Origin: an uncultured Gemmatimonadales bacterium
GTDB lineage: Bacteria; Gemmatimonadota; Gemmatimonadetes; Longimicrobiales; RSA9
Reading direction: 5' to 3'
Assembly (NCBI GenBank): GCA_963708135.1
Contig: OY970192.1
Coordinates: 3,424,001 to 3,488,000 of the forward strand
DNA: 64,000 nucleotides
How positions within the stretch are numbered: position 1 is the first letter of the stretch; every line of letters starts with the position of its first letter. The notes under the pieces are model-generated. The model had not been told where the DNA came from and did no database searches. It saw only the letters and a list, made by a program, of their open reading frames with translations. Shown here piece after piece: positions 18,633-28,009 of the stretch. The position numbers and the translations under genes are program-made.

Positions 18633-20570
18633 TCAGGAGGCGGGCGGGCGCAGCTCGACCCAGGTCACCTTCCCGGCGGCCACCGTGACGGTGCGCCAGA
18701 CGATGGCGCCGGCGACCTCGACACCGAGCAGGTAGTTGCCGGCGGGGACGTCGCCGACGGCGAAGTTCTCGTCGTAGGCGGGGTCGGGGTGGGCCTTGTC
18801 CTGGTAGGTCTCGGCGAAGGAGAAGGGCGTCTCCGCGGGCTCGCCGAGGACGAGGCCGTGGACATGCGCCCCCGGTACCGGCCTTCCGGCGGCATCCACC
18901 ACGCGGCCGGCGACGGTGCCGGTGCCGGGCATCGGGTGGATCCAGAGTTGCGGGTTCACGGTGTGGGGCGGGAAGCGCTGCTCCGGGTCGACGACGAGGG
19001 CCGAGTCGGCCGAGGGCGAGACGTGGACCTCGAGGTGCAGGTGGTCGTTGGTGGCGCGCCCGGTGTTGCCGACGTGCGAGACCACCTGCCCGGCCGTGAC
19101 GTGCTGGCCGACGCTGACGTCGAGGCTGGTGTTGTGGTAGTAGACGCTGAAGACGTACTGCCCCTCCCAGCGGCGGTCGTGGCGGATCGCGACGGTGTTG
19201 GCGCCCGCCTCGGCCTTGCCCGCATAGATCACGACGCCGTCGCCGATGGCGTGCACGGGGGTCCCAGCGGGGTTGTTGAACTCGACGCCCTGGTGCTGCT
19301 GAAAGTTGCCGCCCATGGTCGAGCCGTAGCGGTAGGTCTGGTCGATGTAGGGGTTTCCCTCCGCGGGCTCGATGGGCCGGTCGAACCAGTCGTGGCGCGG
19401 CGGGGTGGGCGGCGCGCCTGCCGGTGGCTGGAGCAGGTCCCACGGGCGCGGCCGGATCGGCAGCATCGCGGCGAGGCCGATGTGGGTGGCGCTGATCGGC
19501 AGCAGGTTCCCCTCGAGCCAGACCCCGGCCCAGACGTCGGCCGCGGGGTGGTAGAGGTCGCCGGAGCCCAGGTAGAGATGGTAGGTGCTATCCGGCTGGG
19601 CCACGGCGAGCCCGCGTGATGTGGCCAGCGCCGGCGGGCCGCCGTACGGGTTCTGCGTGAGCGCGCGCACGGCCCCGGGCAGAGCGTCGTAGCCGGGGAC
19701 CTGGAACGGGCTCGGCTCGAACTTCGGCTTGGACATGTCGGCCGCGTAATAGACCTGGTGGGCGCTCGCGGCCCAGACGCTCGAGTCGCGCGCCACGCGC
19801 ACGGCGCGGATCCTCTGCTCCGGCAGCCCTTCGGCGCTCGTGAACGTGTGCCAGCTGCGGCCGCCATCGCGCGACACCGAGAGCCCGCGCAGACTGCCGA
19901 CCCAGAGGGCTCCGTCCGGCCCGACATCGAGCGCGAGCAGGTACTCGGTGGGCAGCGTCGTGAGGCGCTCCGTGCAGCCGTCCTTCGCCGCCGCCTGGCC
20001 GGGGACGGGCGGGCCGGTGATGCAGCGCCAGGTCCGGCCCGCGTCCGAGGTGAGCCTGAGCCCGTCGGCCGTGGCGATGTAGACCGTGTCGCCCGTGGCC
20101 CGCATCCCGTCGGGCGCCACGTACTGCCACTGCGGCCCGAGCTGGTCGAGGGACCAGTTGCGCCAGGTCTTGCCGCCATCCGTGGAGCGGCCCCAGCCGT
20201 TGCCGACCGTGCCGTACCAGACCGCCCCGCCGGCCGGGAAAGCGAAGGAGTTGACGAAGTCCCACGACAGGCTGGTCGAGTCCTTCGCGCGTGCCGTGAT
20301 CTGTTGCCACTGCGTCGCGCCCTTCGGCAGCTCGTAGATCCCCTTGCCGTAGGTGCCGGCCCAGATCGCGGAGTCGCGGCCGCGCCGGACCTCCAGCACC
20401 TGCACCCCCCAGACCGTGGTGTCCGGCAGCGGTGGGAGCTCGGCCGGCGCGGCCCGCTGCGCCGCCCCGGGGCGGCCCGGACCTGGACGCTGCGGGGGAG
20501 GCGAGCCGCCGCAGGCGGCGAGCAGGGCGGCGGCGAGGAGGGGGAGCGCGGCACTCGGGCGCTTTGACAT
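18633..20570 (-). CDS. Lipoprotein with BNR/beta-propeller repeats, an M23 peptidase domain and a carboxypeptidase-regulatory-like domain
   Basis: Lipobox LAAC; STDGGKTW, TSDAGRTW and SRDGGRSW repeats; HQGVEF, YYH and HLHLEV M23 motifs. Confidence 0.85.
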   Translation of the reverse strand: MSKRPSAALPLLAAALLAACGGSPPPQRPGPGRPGAAQRAAPAELPPLPDTTVWGVQVLEVRRGRDSAIWAGTYGKGIYELPKGATQWQQITARAKDSTSLSWDFVNSFAFPAGGAVWYGTVGNGWGRSTDGGKTWRNWSLDQLGPQWQYVAPDGMRATGDTVYIATADGLRLTSDAGRTWRCITGPPVPGQAAAKDGCTERLTTLPTEYLLALDVGPDGALWVGSLRGLSVSRDGGRSWHTFTSAEGLPEQRIRAVRVARDSSVWAASAHQVYYAADMSKPKFEPSPFQVPGYDALPGAVRALTQNPYGGPPALATSRGLAVAQPDSTYHLYLGSGDLYHPAADVWAGVWLEGNLLPISATHIGLAAMLPIRPRPWDLLQPPAGAPPTPPRHDWFDRPIEPAEGNPYIDQTYRYGSTMGGNFQQHQGVEFNNPAGTPVHAIGDGVVIYAGKAEAGANTVAIRHDRRWEGQYVFSVYYHNTSLDVSVGQHVTAGQVVSHVGNTGRATNDHLHLEVHVSPSADSALVVDPEQRFPPHTVNPQLWIHPMPGTGTVAGRVVDAAGRPVPGAHVHGLVLGEPAETPFSFAETYQDKAHPDPAYDENFAVGDVPAGNYLLGVEVAGAIVWRTVTVAAGKVTWVELRPPAS

Positions 20571-20956
20571 CAGAGGAACAGGGTCCGGTCGGAGTACTGG
20601 GCCCACTGTGTGGGCGTTTCCCACACCCGGGCGTACACCAGCGCGCCGGCCATCGGCTCGGGCAGCCGCCGGCGGAGCTCGTCGAAGAAGTAGCGGGCCT
20701 GGTTCTCCGCCGACGGCTCGAGGTCCGTAAAGGGCTCGAGTTCGTTCAGGTTCTCGTGGTCCAGCCGCTCCGCGAGCGCGCGCAGGTGCTTCTTCACGTC
20801 CACGAAGTCGAAGGCGATCCCCGCCTCGTTGAGCTCCGTCGTGGCGAGCGCCACCTCGACGACGTAGTGGTGCCCGTGCAGCCGCTCGCACTTGCCCTTG
20901 TACTTCCTCAGGAAGTGCGCGCTGTCGTAGCTGGCTTCCACGCTCACGATGAACAT
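20570..20956 (-). CDS. queD: 6-carboxytetrahydropterin synthase (QueD; CExxHGH type)
   Basis: DSAHFL, KCERLHGHHY, PSAEN, VWETP. Confidence 0.9.
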   Translation of the reverse strand: MFIVSVEASYDSAHFLRKYKGKCERLHGHHYVVEVALATTELNEAGIAFDFVDVKKHLRALAERLDHENLNELEPFTDLEPSAENQARYFFDELRRRLPEPMAGALVYARVWETPTQWAQYSDRTLFL

Positions 20957-20965
20957 GTCGGATCC

Positions 20966-21691
20966 TCAGGTGCGCTCGACGACGATCACGCGCAGGTCCA
21001 CCTCCGCCGGCCGGGTCAGCGCGAACAGCACGGCGTCGGCCACGCTCTCCGGACGCAACATCGCCTCCCGCGGCGGCAGGCCCGGGTGCACCCCGGCCTC
21101 CACTCCATCCCATAGCGGCGTGTCGGTGGCCGCCGGCTCCACCAGCGTCGCCCGGACGCCGGTGCCCCGAAGCTCGGCGTCCAGCACCGCATGCAAGCCT
21201 CGAACCCCGAACTTGCTCGCGGCGTACGCGCCATTGTGGGGGAAGCCCTGTCGGCCCGCAACGGAGCCCACGGTCAGCAGGTGCCCGGAGCCGCGCACGA
21301 GCATCGCCGGCAGGAAGGCCCGCGCCAGCAGGAACGGCGCCCGCAGGTTCACGCCGACCTGGCGATCGAAGCTCTCGACGGTCGCCTCGGCCACGGCGGC
21401 GAGCTCGAACGCGCCCGCCGCGTTCACCACGAAGTCCGGCGTGCCTCCGAGCGCCCGCTCGACGAGCCCGGCCAGACGCGCCACGGCACCGGCATCCGCC
21501 ACGTCGGCCGCCGCGGCCGCGGCCCCCAGCCTCGCCGCCTCCGCCTCCAGCCGCGCCCTGCCTCGCGCCACCAGCACCAGACGCGCACCGGCCCCGGCCA
21601 GCACCCGCGCCGCCGCCAGGCCGATCCCGCTCGATCCGCCCGTGATGAGCCCGCCGCGGCCGGCGAGCGGCCCCTCAGCCGACGATGCCAT
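20966..21691 (-). CDS. SDR oxidoreductase (candidate sepiapterin reductase-like)
   Basis: [17 protein letters not shown]; lies inside the pterin operon. Confidence 0.85.
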   Translation of the reverse strand: MASSAEGPLAGRGGLITGGSSGIGLAAARVLAGAGARLVLVARGRARLEAEAARLGAAAAAADVADAGAVARLAGLVERALGGTPDFVVNAAGAFELAAVAEATVESFDRQVGVNLRAPFLLARAFLPAMLVRGSGHLLTVGSVAGRQGFPHNGAYAASKFGVRGLHAVLDAELRGTGVRATLVEPAATDTPLWDGVEAGVHPGLPPREAMLRPESVADAVLFALTRPAEVDLRVIVVERT

Positions 21692-22268
21692 TGGCCAGGC
21701 ACAGCCGCAGGAACTCCTCGCGCGTCCGCAGATCCTCCCGGAACACCCCGCGCACGGCGCTCGTCAGCGTCTTCGAGTTCTGCTTCTCCACGCCGCGCAT
21801 CATCATGCACAGGTGGTACGCCTCCGCGATGACCCCCACCCCCTCCGGCTGCAGCACCTCCCAGAGCGCCTGCGCGATCTGCTCCGTCATCCGCTCCTGC
21901 ACCTGCAGCCGGCGCGCGAACACGTCCACGATCCGCGCCACCTTCGACAGCCCCACGATGCGCCCGTTCGGGATATACGCCACGTGCACCTTGCCGAAGA
22001 ACGGCAGCATGTGGTGCTCGCACAGCGAGTACATCTCGATGTCCTTCACGAGCACCATGTTCTGGTGCTCCTCGCGGAAGATCGCGTCCCCCACCACGTC
22101 CTCCACCTTCAGGCCGTGGCCCCGCGTCAGCCACGCCAGGCTCTTCGCCACCCGCTCCGGCGTCCTGCGCAGCCCCTCCCGCCCGGGATCCTCCCCCAGC
22201 CGGCGCAGCATCTCCGCCACCAGCGCCTCGAACGACGCCCCCGAAAGATCCGGCTCGGACTCAGGCAC
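21675..22268 (-). CDS. folE: GTP cyclohydrolase I
   Basis: [50 protein letters not shown]. Confidence 0.97.
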   Translation of the reverse strand: MPESEPDLSGASFEALVAEMLRRLGEDPGREGLRRTPERVAKSLAWLTRGHGLKVEDVVGDAIFREEHQNMVLVKDIEMYSLCEHHMLPFFGKVHVAYIPNGRIVGLSKVARIVDVFARRLQVQERMTEQIAQALWEVLQPEGVGVIAEAYHLCMMMRGVEKQNSKTLTSAVRGVFREDLRTREEFLRLCLANGIVG

Positions 22269-22677
22269 CCTCGTACTCCACGTAGTTGCGCGGCGTCTCC
22301 CACAGCACCAGCCGTGCGAGCCGCGCCCGCCCCGGCATCGCTCCCGCCAGCCGACCCCAGATCGCCACCACCAGATTCTCCGTCGTCGGGTTCACGTCCT
22401 CCAGCCAAGGCACGTCCACGTTCAGGTTCCGGTGGTCCAGCGCCTCGATCACCCGCGCTTCCACCAGCTCGCGCACCGCCTTCAGGTCCAGGACGAAGCC
22501 GGTCTCCGGATCGATCTCACCCTCCACCGTCACGTCGAGCTCGTAGTTGTGGCCGTGCCAGTTCGGGCTCGCGCACAGCCCGAACACCTCCCGGTTCCGC
22601 TCCGCCGGCCAGTCCTCGCGACCCAGCCGGTGCGCGGCGCTGAAGTGCAGCCGCCGCGTGATCCGTACACGTGCCAT
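22261..22677 (-). CDS. 6-pyruvoyl-tetrahydropterin synthase (PTPS-II, CX5HGH type)
   Basis: [36 protein letters not shown]. Confidence 0.9.
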   Translation of the reverse strand: MARVRITRRLHFSAAHRLGREDWPAERNREVFGLCASPNWHGHNYELDVTVEGEIDPETGFVLDLKAVRELVEARVIEALDHRNLNVDVPWLEDVNPTTENLVVAIWGRLAGAMPGRARLARLVLWETPRNYVEYEGA

Positions 22678-22844
22678 GCACACCTCTCCCTCGCTTCAAC
22701 GGCACCGGAAGGTGAGTGCCCGCCGGGGGGGCCGCAAGGTGCCGCCCGCCGCGCCAGGCCGGCGTTTCCAGCCTCGGCGCCGGCACTCGCAGCCGGCGCG
22801 GCAGGAGCGGAAAGCGGGGCACCGTGAACCATCTGCGGTGCCAC

Positions 22845-22886
22845 AAAACAAGAAGCTGGCCCGGGGGGTTCCCGCGAGCCAGCTCC
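22845..22886 (-). terminator. Intrinsic terminator of the 6S-like RNA
   Basis: Minus strand gagctggctcg...cgggccagctt followed by cttgtttt. Confidence 0.7.
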
Positions 22887-22887
22887 C

Positions 22888-23052
22888 TTTGACGTACCGG
22901 AGGGTATTTTTTGGAGCCCAGTCGTCACACGACTGGTAACCTCCCCGAGCGTTCCGCCTTCCCCTGACGGGGCATGACGTCCGGCACGGGAGTCGGCTCC
23001 ATCTTTCCTTGCTGTCGGCCCAAAAATGAGCCCTCCAAGCACGTCCAACCTC
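22888..23052 (-). ncRNA. 6S RNA-like structured RNA
   Basis: Has its own promoter and terminator. 5' and 3' ends pair (gacgtgcttggaggg / ccctccggtacgtc; tttttggg / tccaaaaa); purine-rich central bubble; apical stem. Confidence 0.6.
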
Positions 23053-23058
23053 GCGTCC

Positions 23059-23087
23059 AACCTAGCGGAGCCGGGGCCCGGAGTCAA
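23059..23087 (-). promoter_or_regulatory. sigma70-type promoter TTGACT-N17-TAGGTT
   Basis: Exact 17-nt spacing, directly upstream of the 6S-like RNA. Confidence 0.65.
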
Positions 23088-23123
23088 TGGCGGAACCGGC
23101 CATCCCCGCCCCCTCCGCCGGCC

Positions 23124-23849
23124 TCACGGCACGATGTCGGGAGGGGTGTGGTAGAGGATCTCCACGCTCGCCCGATCCACCGTCGACGGCGCGTCCACGA
23201 CGGGGTTCCCGTACATGAGGTCCGTCGCATCGGGCGAATGGCGGAGCAGGCCGAGCGCGTGGCCCATCTCGTGGGCGAGCGTGCGGCGGGTGCGCGCCGC
23301 GTCCCCGCGCATCGCGGCGGACAGCGTGATGACCATCTCCGTGTGGCCTCCGCCGCCCGCCTTCTGCGGCAGCACGACCAGGTGCGCGCCGTCCGCCGTC
23401 AGGCAGAAGGTCGTTACGCCTTCGCCGCGCAGGTTCGGCGCGCAGTCGCTCACGTCCACGGGCAGCGTCGCATCGGACCACGCCACCACCACGTCCGCCT
23501 GCGCGGCCGATCCCACCTCCGTCCACCGGAACTCCCCATAGAGCGCGGCCGGGTTCCAGAGCTCGATCGCCCCGCCCAGCGCGGCCTCCAAGCCGCCCTC
23601 CCCGGCCTCACCGCCCGAGCTCGTCGCGTATACCCGGATCGTCCGACCCACGGGCCAGTGCAGCACGCGCGGCGGCGGCGACTCCGTCGTGAAGCCGTAG
23701 GCCCGCGTCCGGCCGGGCACCCCCGGCGCATCGCATCCGGCCGCCAGCAGGACGCCGGCCGCCAGCAACACCCCGCCCCGACCGCGCCACGCCCGGGTGC
23801 GCCGCGGGCCAGCCGGCCGCTTCCGCCACCGCCGTCCCCGCCCGCTCAC
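23124..23849 (-). CDS. Matrixin (M10-like) metallopeptidase lipoprotein
   Basis: HEMGHALGLLRH zinc motif, DLMY Met-turn, lipobox-like AAGC. Confidence 0.85.
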   Translation of the reverse strand: MSGRGRRWRKRPAGPRRTRAWRGRGGVLLAAGVLLAAGCDAPGVPGRTRAYGFTTESPPPRVLHWPVGRTIRVYATSSGGEAGEGGLEAALGGAIELWNPAALYGEFRWTEVGSAAQADVVVAWSDATLPVDVSDCAPNLRGEGVTTFCLTADGAHLVVLPQKAGGGGHTEMVITLSAAMRGDAARTRRTLAHEMGHALGLLRHSPDATDLMYGNPVVDAPSTVDRASVEILYHTPPDIVP

Positions 23850-24475
23850 CGCCCACCTCCGAGGAGAATGCCCGCCTGGAGGAGACCCCGGAGAACGCCG
23901 CCGCTGCGCTCACCCGCATCCGCGAGCGCCGCCGTATGGAACGGATGCCCCTGGACCGTCAGCTCGAGCGTCAACCGGGAGTCCCCCGCCGGCAGGCGCA
24001 GCCCCGCGCCGGCCTCGAGCATCGGCTCGTAGCTCGGCGCTCCCCTGAACACTCCGCGACTCCAGCCCCGATAGGAGAGAACGCCAGCCCCCGCGCTTGC
24101 GTGCACGCGCGCGCGAGCCTGCCAGCGCGCCGCGACCGCTGCCTGGGCGACGCCCACCGTGCCGAGGCTGTACCCGCCCGCGCCCCCTCCAGCGCGCACC
24201 CGCCCGAAGGTCCACCCCAGCTCCGCCTCGAGCACCACCGGGCGGCGCCTCTCCTGGCGGAACACCAGCGTCACCACGGGCGACGGCACCACCGCGACGC
24301 TCGCGGCCGCAACCTCCCTTCCCGGCGGCAGAAGCGAGTCCACGAGCACGCTGCTCGCGATCGCGTCCCGCACGAGCGGTGTCAACGCCGCCACCCCCAC
24401 GCGCGCCTCCACCGCCACGCCCTGGGCGCGCAGCGGCCCGGCCCACGCCAGGAGCAGCAGCCCCGCCGCCCACAC
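23846..24475 (-). CDS. Hypothetical secreted/outer-membrane beta-strand protein
   Basis: Signal-like segment ending LRA|Q; amphipathic strands; start uncertain. Confidence 0.55.
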   Translation of the reverse strand: MWAAGLLLLAWAGPLRAQGVAVEARVGVAALTPLVRDAIASSVLVDSLLPPGREVAAASVAVVPSPVVTLVFRQERRRPVVLEAELGWTFGRVRAGGGAGGYSLGTVGVAQAAVAARWQARARVHASAGAGVLSYRGWSRGVFRGAPSYEPMLEAGAGLRLPAGDSRLTLELTVQGHPFHTAALADAGERSGGVLRGLLQAGILLGGGR

Positions 24476-24741
24476 CGGCGCACGACGACCGGGATACAAA
24501 AAAAGACGGGACGGCCATCGACTTCGATGACCGCCCGCCTTTGCCGCGGCGCTCTCCCCGGAGTTCCCGCTCGCCGCGGCGACCGTGTTGTGCCGGGGCG
24601 TAGAAGCAGGACCGGGGCCAGACCGGCCCGTCTCAGGCAAGTCATTCGACAGCACAGACTTACGATTTTCCACAATTCTCCGGAATGGCGCGCGGGCAGG
24701 AAAATAGTTCGCACTTTCGCGTCTTTGTAGCGAGGCGCGGC

Positions 24742-25599
24742 TCATGGGGCGCGGTACCGGCGCAGGCGGGCGAGGTTGCGCCGGTCAGCGGCCACGGGAT
24801 CGTCGCCTTTCGGGGTCTCGAGCAGCTTCGGCACGTGCAGGAAGCGGACATCGGTCACCAGCCGGCGGAACGGGGTCTCGCCCAGCGCGCCCTCGGCGAT
24901 GCCCGCGTGCCGGTCGCGCCGGCTACCGAGGGCGCCGACGGAGTCGTTGAGGTGGAACAGGCGCAGCGTTTCGAGGCCGAGGACGTCGTCGAACCGGGCG
25001 ACCACGCCGTCGTAGTCGCCGGCCAGGTCATAGCCGGCGGCCCAGACGTGGCAGGTGTCGAGGCAGATCCCGACGCGGTCTCGCAGCTCGGGGCGGATGC
25101 GGTCACGCAGCGCGGCGAGCTCCTCGAAGCTGGCGCCGAGCACGCTGCCGGCGCCGGCGGTCGTCTCGAGGAGGACCTGCGTGCCGCCGCCCACCTCCTC
25201 GAGGGCGCTCTCGATGGCCTCGGCGTTGCGGGCCAGGGCGGCCTGGCGGTCCCCGTCCGTGGCGTTTCCCGGGTGGGTCACGAGATGCTCGATCCCGAGG
25301 GCGACGCAGCGCCGCAGCTCCGAGAGGAAGGAGGTCAGGGAGCGGGCGCGCAGCGCCGCATCGGGGCTGGCAAGGTTGATGAGGTACGAGTCGTGGGCCG
25401 CCACCGCCGCAATGGCGTGGCGTCGGCGCTCCTCCCGGAAGGCGGCCGCGGCATCCTCGTCGAGCTCGGGCTCTGCCCAGCGGTTCGGCTGCTTGGTGAA
25501 GACCTGCATGCGCGCGGCGTCCAGCTCCGCCGCGCGCGCCGGCGCACGCGGCACGCCGCCCGCCGTGGACACGTGCGCCCCCAGCTCGTCGGTGGACAT
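24742..25599 (-). CDS. nfo: Endonuclease IV
   Basis: LGAHVS, HDSYLINLAS, VTHPG, LLETTAG, CLDTCH, HLNDS, RDRHA, LETP. Confidence 0.95.
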   Translation of the reverse strand: MSTDELGAHVSTAGGVPRAPARAAELDAARMQVFTKQPNRWAEPELDEDAAAAFREERRRHAIAAVAAHDSYLINLASPDAALRARSLTSFLSELRRCVALGIEHLVTHPGNATDGDRQAALARNAEAIESALEEVGGGTQVLLETTAGAGSVLGASFEELAALRDRIRPELRDRVGICLDTCHVWAAGYDLAGDYDGVVARFDDVLGLETLRLFHLNDSVGALGSRRDRHAGIAEGALGETPFRRLVTDVRFLHVPKLLETPKGDDPVAADRRNLARLRRYRAP

Positions 25600-25714
25600 C
25601 CTGAACCTGGATCTCGTGGCGTGGACCGTGAAGGCGTAGAATACCCGGCCGGCCGGTGCGCCGGCAACGGGCTGCGCCGCACGTCGCGGCCAGCCGGAAT
25701 AACGAGGAGGCGGC

Positions 25715-26278
25715 ATGGCATTCAACCCATGGCACGACCTGCCCGCCGGCACCTCGGTGCCGGACGAGGTCAACGTGATCATCGAGATCCCCCGCGGCAG
25801 CCGCAACAAGTACGAGCTCGACAAGGCCACCGGCCTGTTCCGCTTCGACAGGCTGCTCTACAGCGCCGTCCATTACCCGGGCGACTACGGCTTCATTCCC
25901 CGCTCACTCGCCGACGACGGTGACCCGCTCGACGTCCTCGTGATGACCACCGAGCCCACGTTCACCGGGTGCCTCATCGTCGTCCGCCCGCTCGGCGCCT
26001 TCGAGATGAGCGACGAGAAGGGCCTCGACGAGAAGATCCTCGCCGTTCCCGTGCAGGACCCCCTCTACGGCGAGTATCACGAGCTCGATGACGTCGCCTC
26101 CCACTACCTGCGCGAGGTCGAGCACTTCTTCGCCATCTACAAGGAGCTCGAGGGCGTCCGCACCCGCGCCCTCGGCTGGCGCAGCCGCGAGCGCGCCCAG
26201 GAGTTCGTCGCCGCGTCCTGCGCCCGCTACGACCGCGAGCACCCGACCGACTCCGCCACCACCCCTCCCGTGACGTGA
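25715..26278 (+). CDS. ppa: Inorganic pyrophosphatase
   Basis: IEIPRGSRNKYELDK, YPGDYGFIP, DGDPLDVLV, DEKILAVP, HFFAIYK. Confidence 0.96.
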   Translation: MAFNPWHDLPAGTSVPDEVNVIIEIPRGSRNKYELDKATGLFRFDRLLYSAVHYPGDYGFIPRSLADDGDPLDVLVMTTEPTFTGCLIVVRPLGAFEMSDEKGLDEKILAVPVQDPLYGEYHELDDVASHYLREVEHFFAIYKELEGVRTRALGWRSRERAQEFVAASCARYDREHPTDSATTPPVT

Positions 26279-26314
26279 AAAAAGGACGCGGCGCCCGACC
26301 GCGCGCCGCGTCCT
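26278..26314 (-). terminator. Intrinsic terminator between ppa and the small lipoprotein gene
   Basis: aggacgcggcgc...gcgccgcgtcct stem; the A6 on the left is a U-tract on the minus strand. Confidence 0.75.
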
Positions 26315-26338
26315 CCAACTGCCGCGCCGTAGCGCCGA

Positions 26339-26527
26339 CTACATGCTGCTCGTCGTGCTGCTCATGTTCATCGTGTCATGCGCCATCGTGTCCATCGGCG
26401 CGGGCGCCGGCGCCGGGGCCGGAGTCGTCTCCACGGCAGGACTCGTCTCCTCCGTGTTCTCCGCCTTCTTCTGGCAGGCCGCAAACGCCAGGGACGCCGC
26501 GACCACGAACAGCAACGAGCGCTTCAT
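26339..26527 (-). CDS. Small lipoprotein with a Pro/Ala linker and Met-rich tail
   Basis: MKRSLLFVVAASLAFAAC lipobox; GAGAGG RBS; own terminator. Confidence 0.8.
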   Translation of the reverse strand: MKRSLLFVVAASLAFAACQKKAENTEETSPAVETTPAPAPAPAPMDTMAHDTMNMSSTTSSM

Positions 26528-26935
26528 ACCCACCTCTCCGATGAAGGTCGCACAGGAGCCGCAGCGCCTTCGTACTGCGCGCTCCGTGAACCGGCGGCGC
26601 GCCCGCCGATCCAGCTCCCGCCCAGCGGGAGCGACAACAGCCGCGAATGATGTACTTTCCCGCGATGCGTGTCAAGCAATTCCCGCCGGCTACCAGCCGG
26701 AGCCGGGCCGGGAACGGCCAGCGCAGATCATGTCTTTCCCCGATCGCGGCGGAAAACGTAATGAGAAAGACCGGCTTCCACAATACATCGGAAAACTGGC
26801 GCTTTCGCTCCCCGTGCCCACGCCGTTCCGGCGGCCCCGCGCGGGGCGTCGGGGGGCGCGAGCGAGGGCCGGTGGAGGGTATGCTTCTTGCCCCCCTCGA
26901 AGCGTACAACGCTGGCTCTGGAGAGAGTGTAACCG

Positions 26936-27490
26936 GTGTCATTCCTCGCTGCTTATATCGCCCTCGTGGTGCTCGCCCCGATCCTGGTCAGCCTGGTCGT
27001 CAGCTACCGCGGGCTGCCGAATGGCAGACGCTGCCCGGGCTGCTCGGAGGATACGTTTCAACTGCTGTTCCGACCGCTGCGCTGGATTCCGGTCGGGCGC
27101 AGGCGGCAGCTCCAGCGGCGCTGGTGCCCGGGTTGCGGGTGGACGGGGCTGGTGCGCGTGCGCGAGGCACCCGACGCCGGCGCGGGCGTGGCGGGGCGGA
27201 CTCCGGATGTGGCCGTACGCGCGGCGGCGGAAGCGAGAGGCAGCCGCGCGAAGCTGCTGGACGTGTGTGAGCTGGAGCTGGACGGCACCTGCTGGCGGGT
27301 GCTGCTGCAGGCGTGGTGCGTAGCCAATGGTTGGCGTGGCCGGCTGCTCTTCGTCGGCCCGCACGGCCACCTGCGCAACGACGTGGTGCCGCCGTTCAGC
27401 GGGGGCTTCTACACGGACGTGCTCGGCCAGGCCATGGCGCTGTCGCACCACGCCCTGGCGTGGCGGCTGCGGGAGGTGATCTCGGACTAG
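26936..27490 (+). CDS. Hypothetical membrane protein with a CxxC...CxxC zinc ribbon
   Basis: N-terminal TM segment; CPGC ... WCPGCGW. Confidence 0.65.
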   Translation: MSFLAAYIALVVLAPILVSLVVSYRGLPNGRRCPGCSEDTFQLLFRPLRWIPVGRRRQLQRRWCPGCGWTGLVRVREAPDAGAGVAGRTPDVAVRAAAEARGSRAKLLDVCELELDGTCWRVLLQAWCVANGWRGRLLFVGPHGHLRNDVVPPFSGGFYTDVLGQAMALSHHALAWRLREVISD

Positions 27491-27513
27491 AGTGGTCGCA
27501 CGGGAGTGCGACG

Positions 27514-27975
27514 CTAGCGCGTCCTCGTGCAGGCGGCCGCCGCGGCGGCGCGATCGAGCATCTCGCGTCGCTCGCGGTAGCGCACGCGGCGGCGGGCTTC
27601 CTGTAGGGGCAGCCAGGCGTGCTCGGAGGTTTCGGCCGCGGAGAGGCGCACCTCGCGGCGGGAGGCCTCCGCCAGGAAGTACACCACGCGCTTGCGGATC
27701 AGCACGCGGTCTCCGCGCTCCTCCACGCTGAAGCGGTAGTTCTCCTTCCCCTCGAAGCCGGGCACGAGCCGAACGTCGGCGGCGGCGAGGCCCGTTTCCT
27801 CCTCTAGCTCGCGCATGGCCGCCTCGAAGACCGTTTCGCCGTCAGCGACGCCGCCCTTCGGGAACTCCCACAGGCGGCGCTTGGTGAGGCGGGAGAGCAG
27901 GAGCAGGAACTCGCAGGCGCCGCGCTCGCGGATGAAGACGATCACCCCGGCCGAGGTGGCGCGCTCGTAGCGCAT
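27514..27975 (-). CDS. NUDIX hydrolase (asymmetric Ap4A hydrolase-like)
   Basis: SAGVIVF, WEFPKGG..GET..AAMRELEEETGL, KRVVYFLAE. Confidence 0.88.
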   Translation of the reverse strand: MRYERATSAGVIVFIRERGACEFLLLLSRLTKRRLWEFPKGGVADGETVFEAAMRELEEETGLAAADVRLVPGFEGKENYRFSVEERGDRVLIRKRVVYFLAEASRREVRLSAAETSEHAWLPLQEARRRVRYRERREMLDRAAAAAACTRTR

Positions 27976-28009
27976 CGCGGCCGCCCCGCTCTCGCCCGGC
28001 GCGCGCGCG

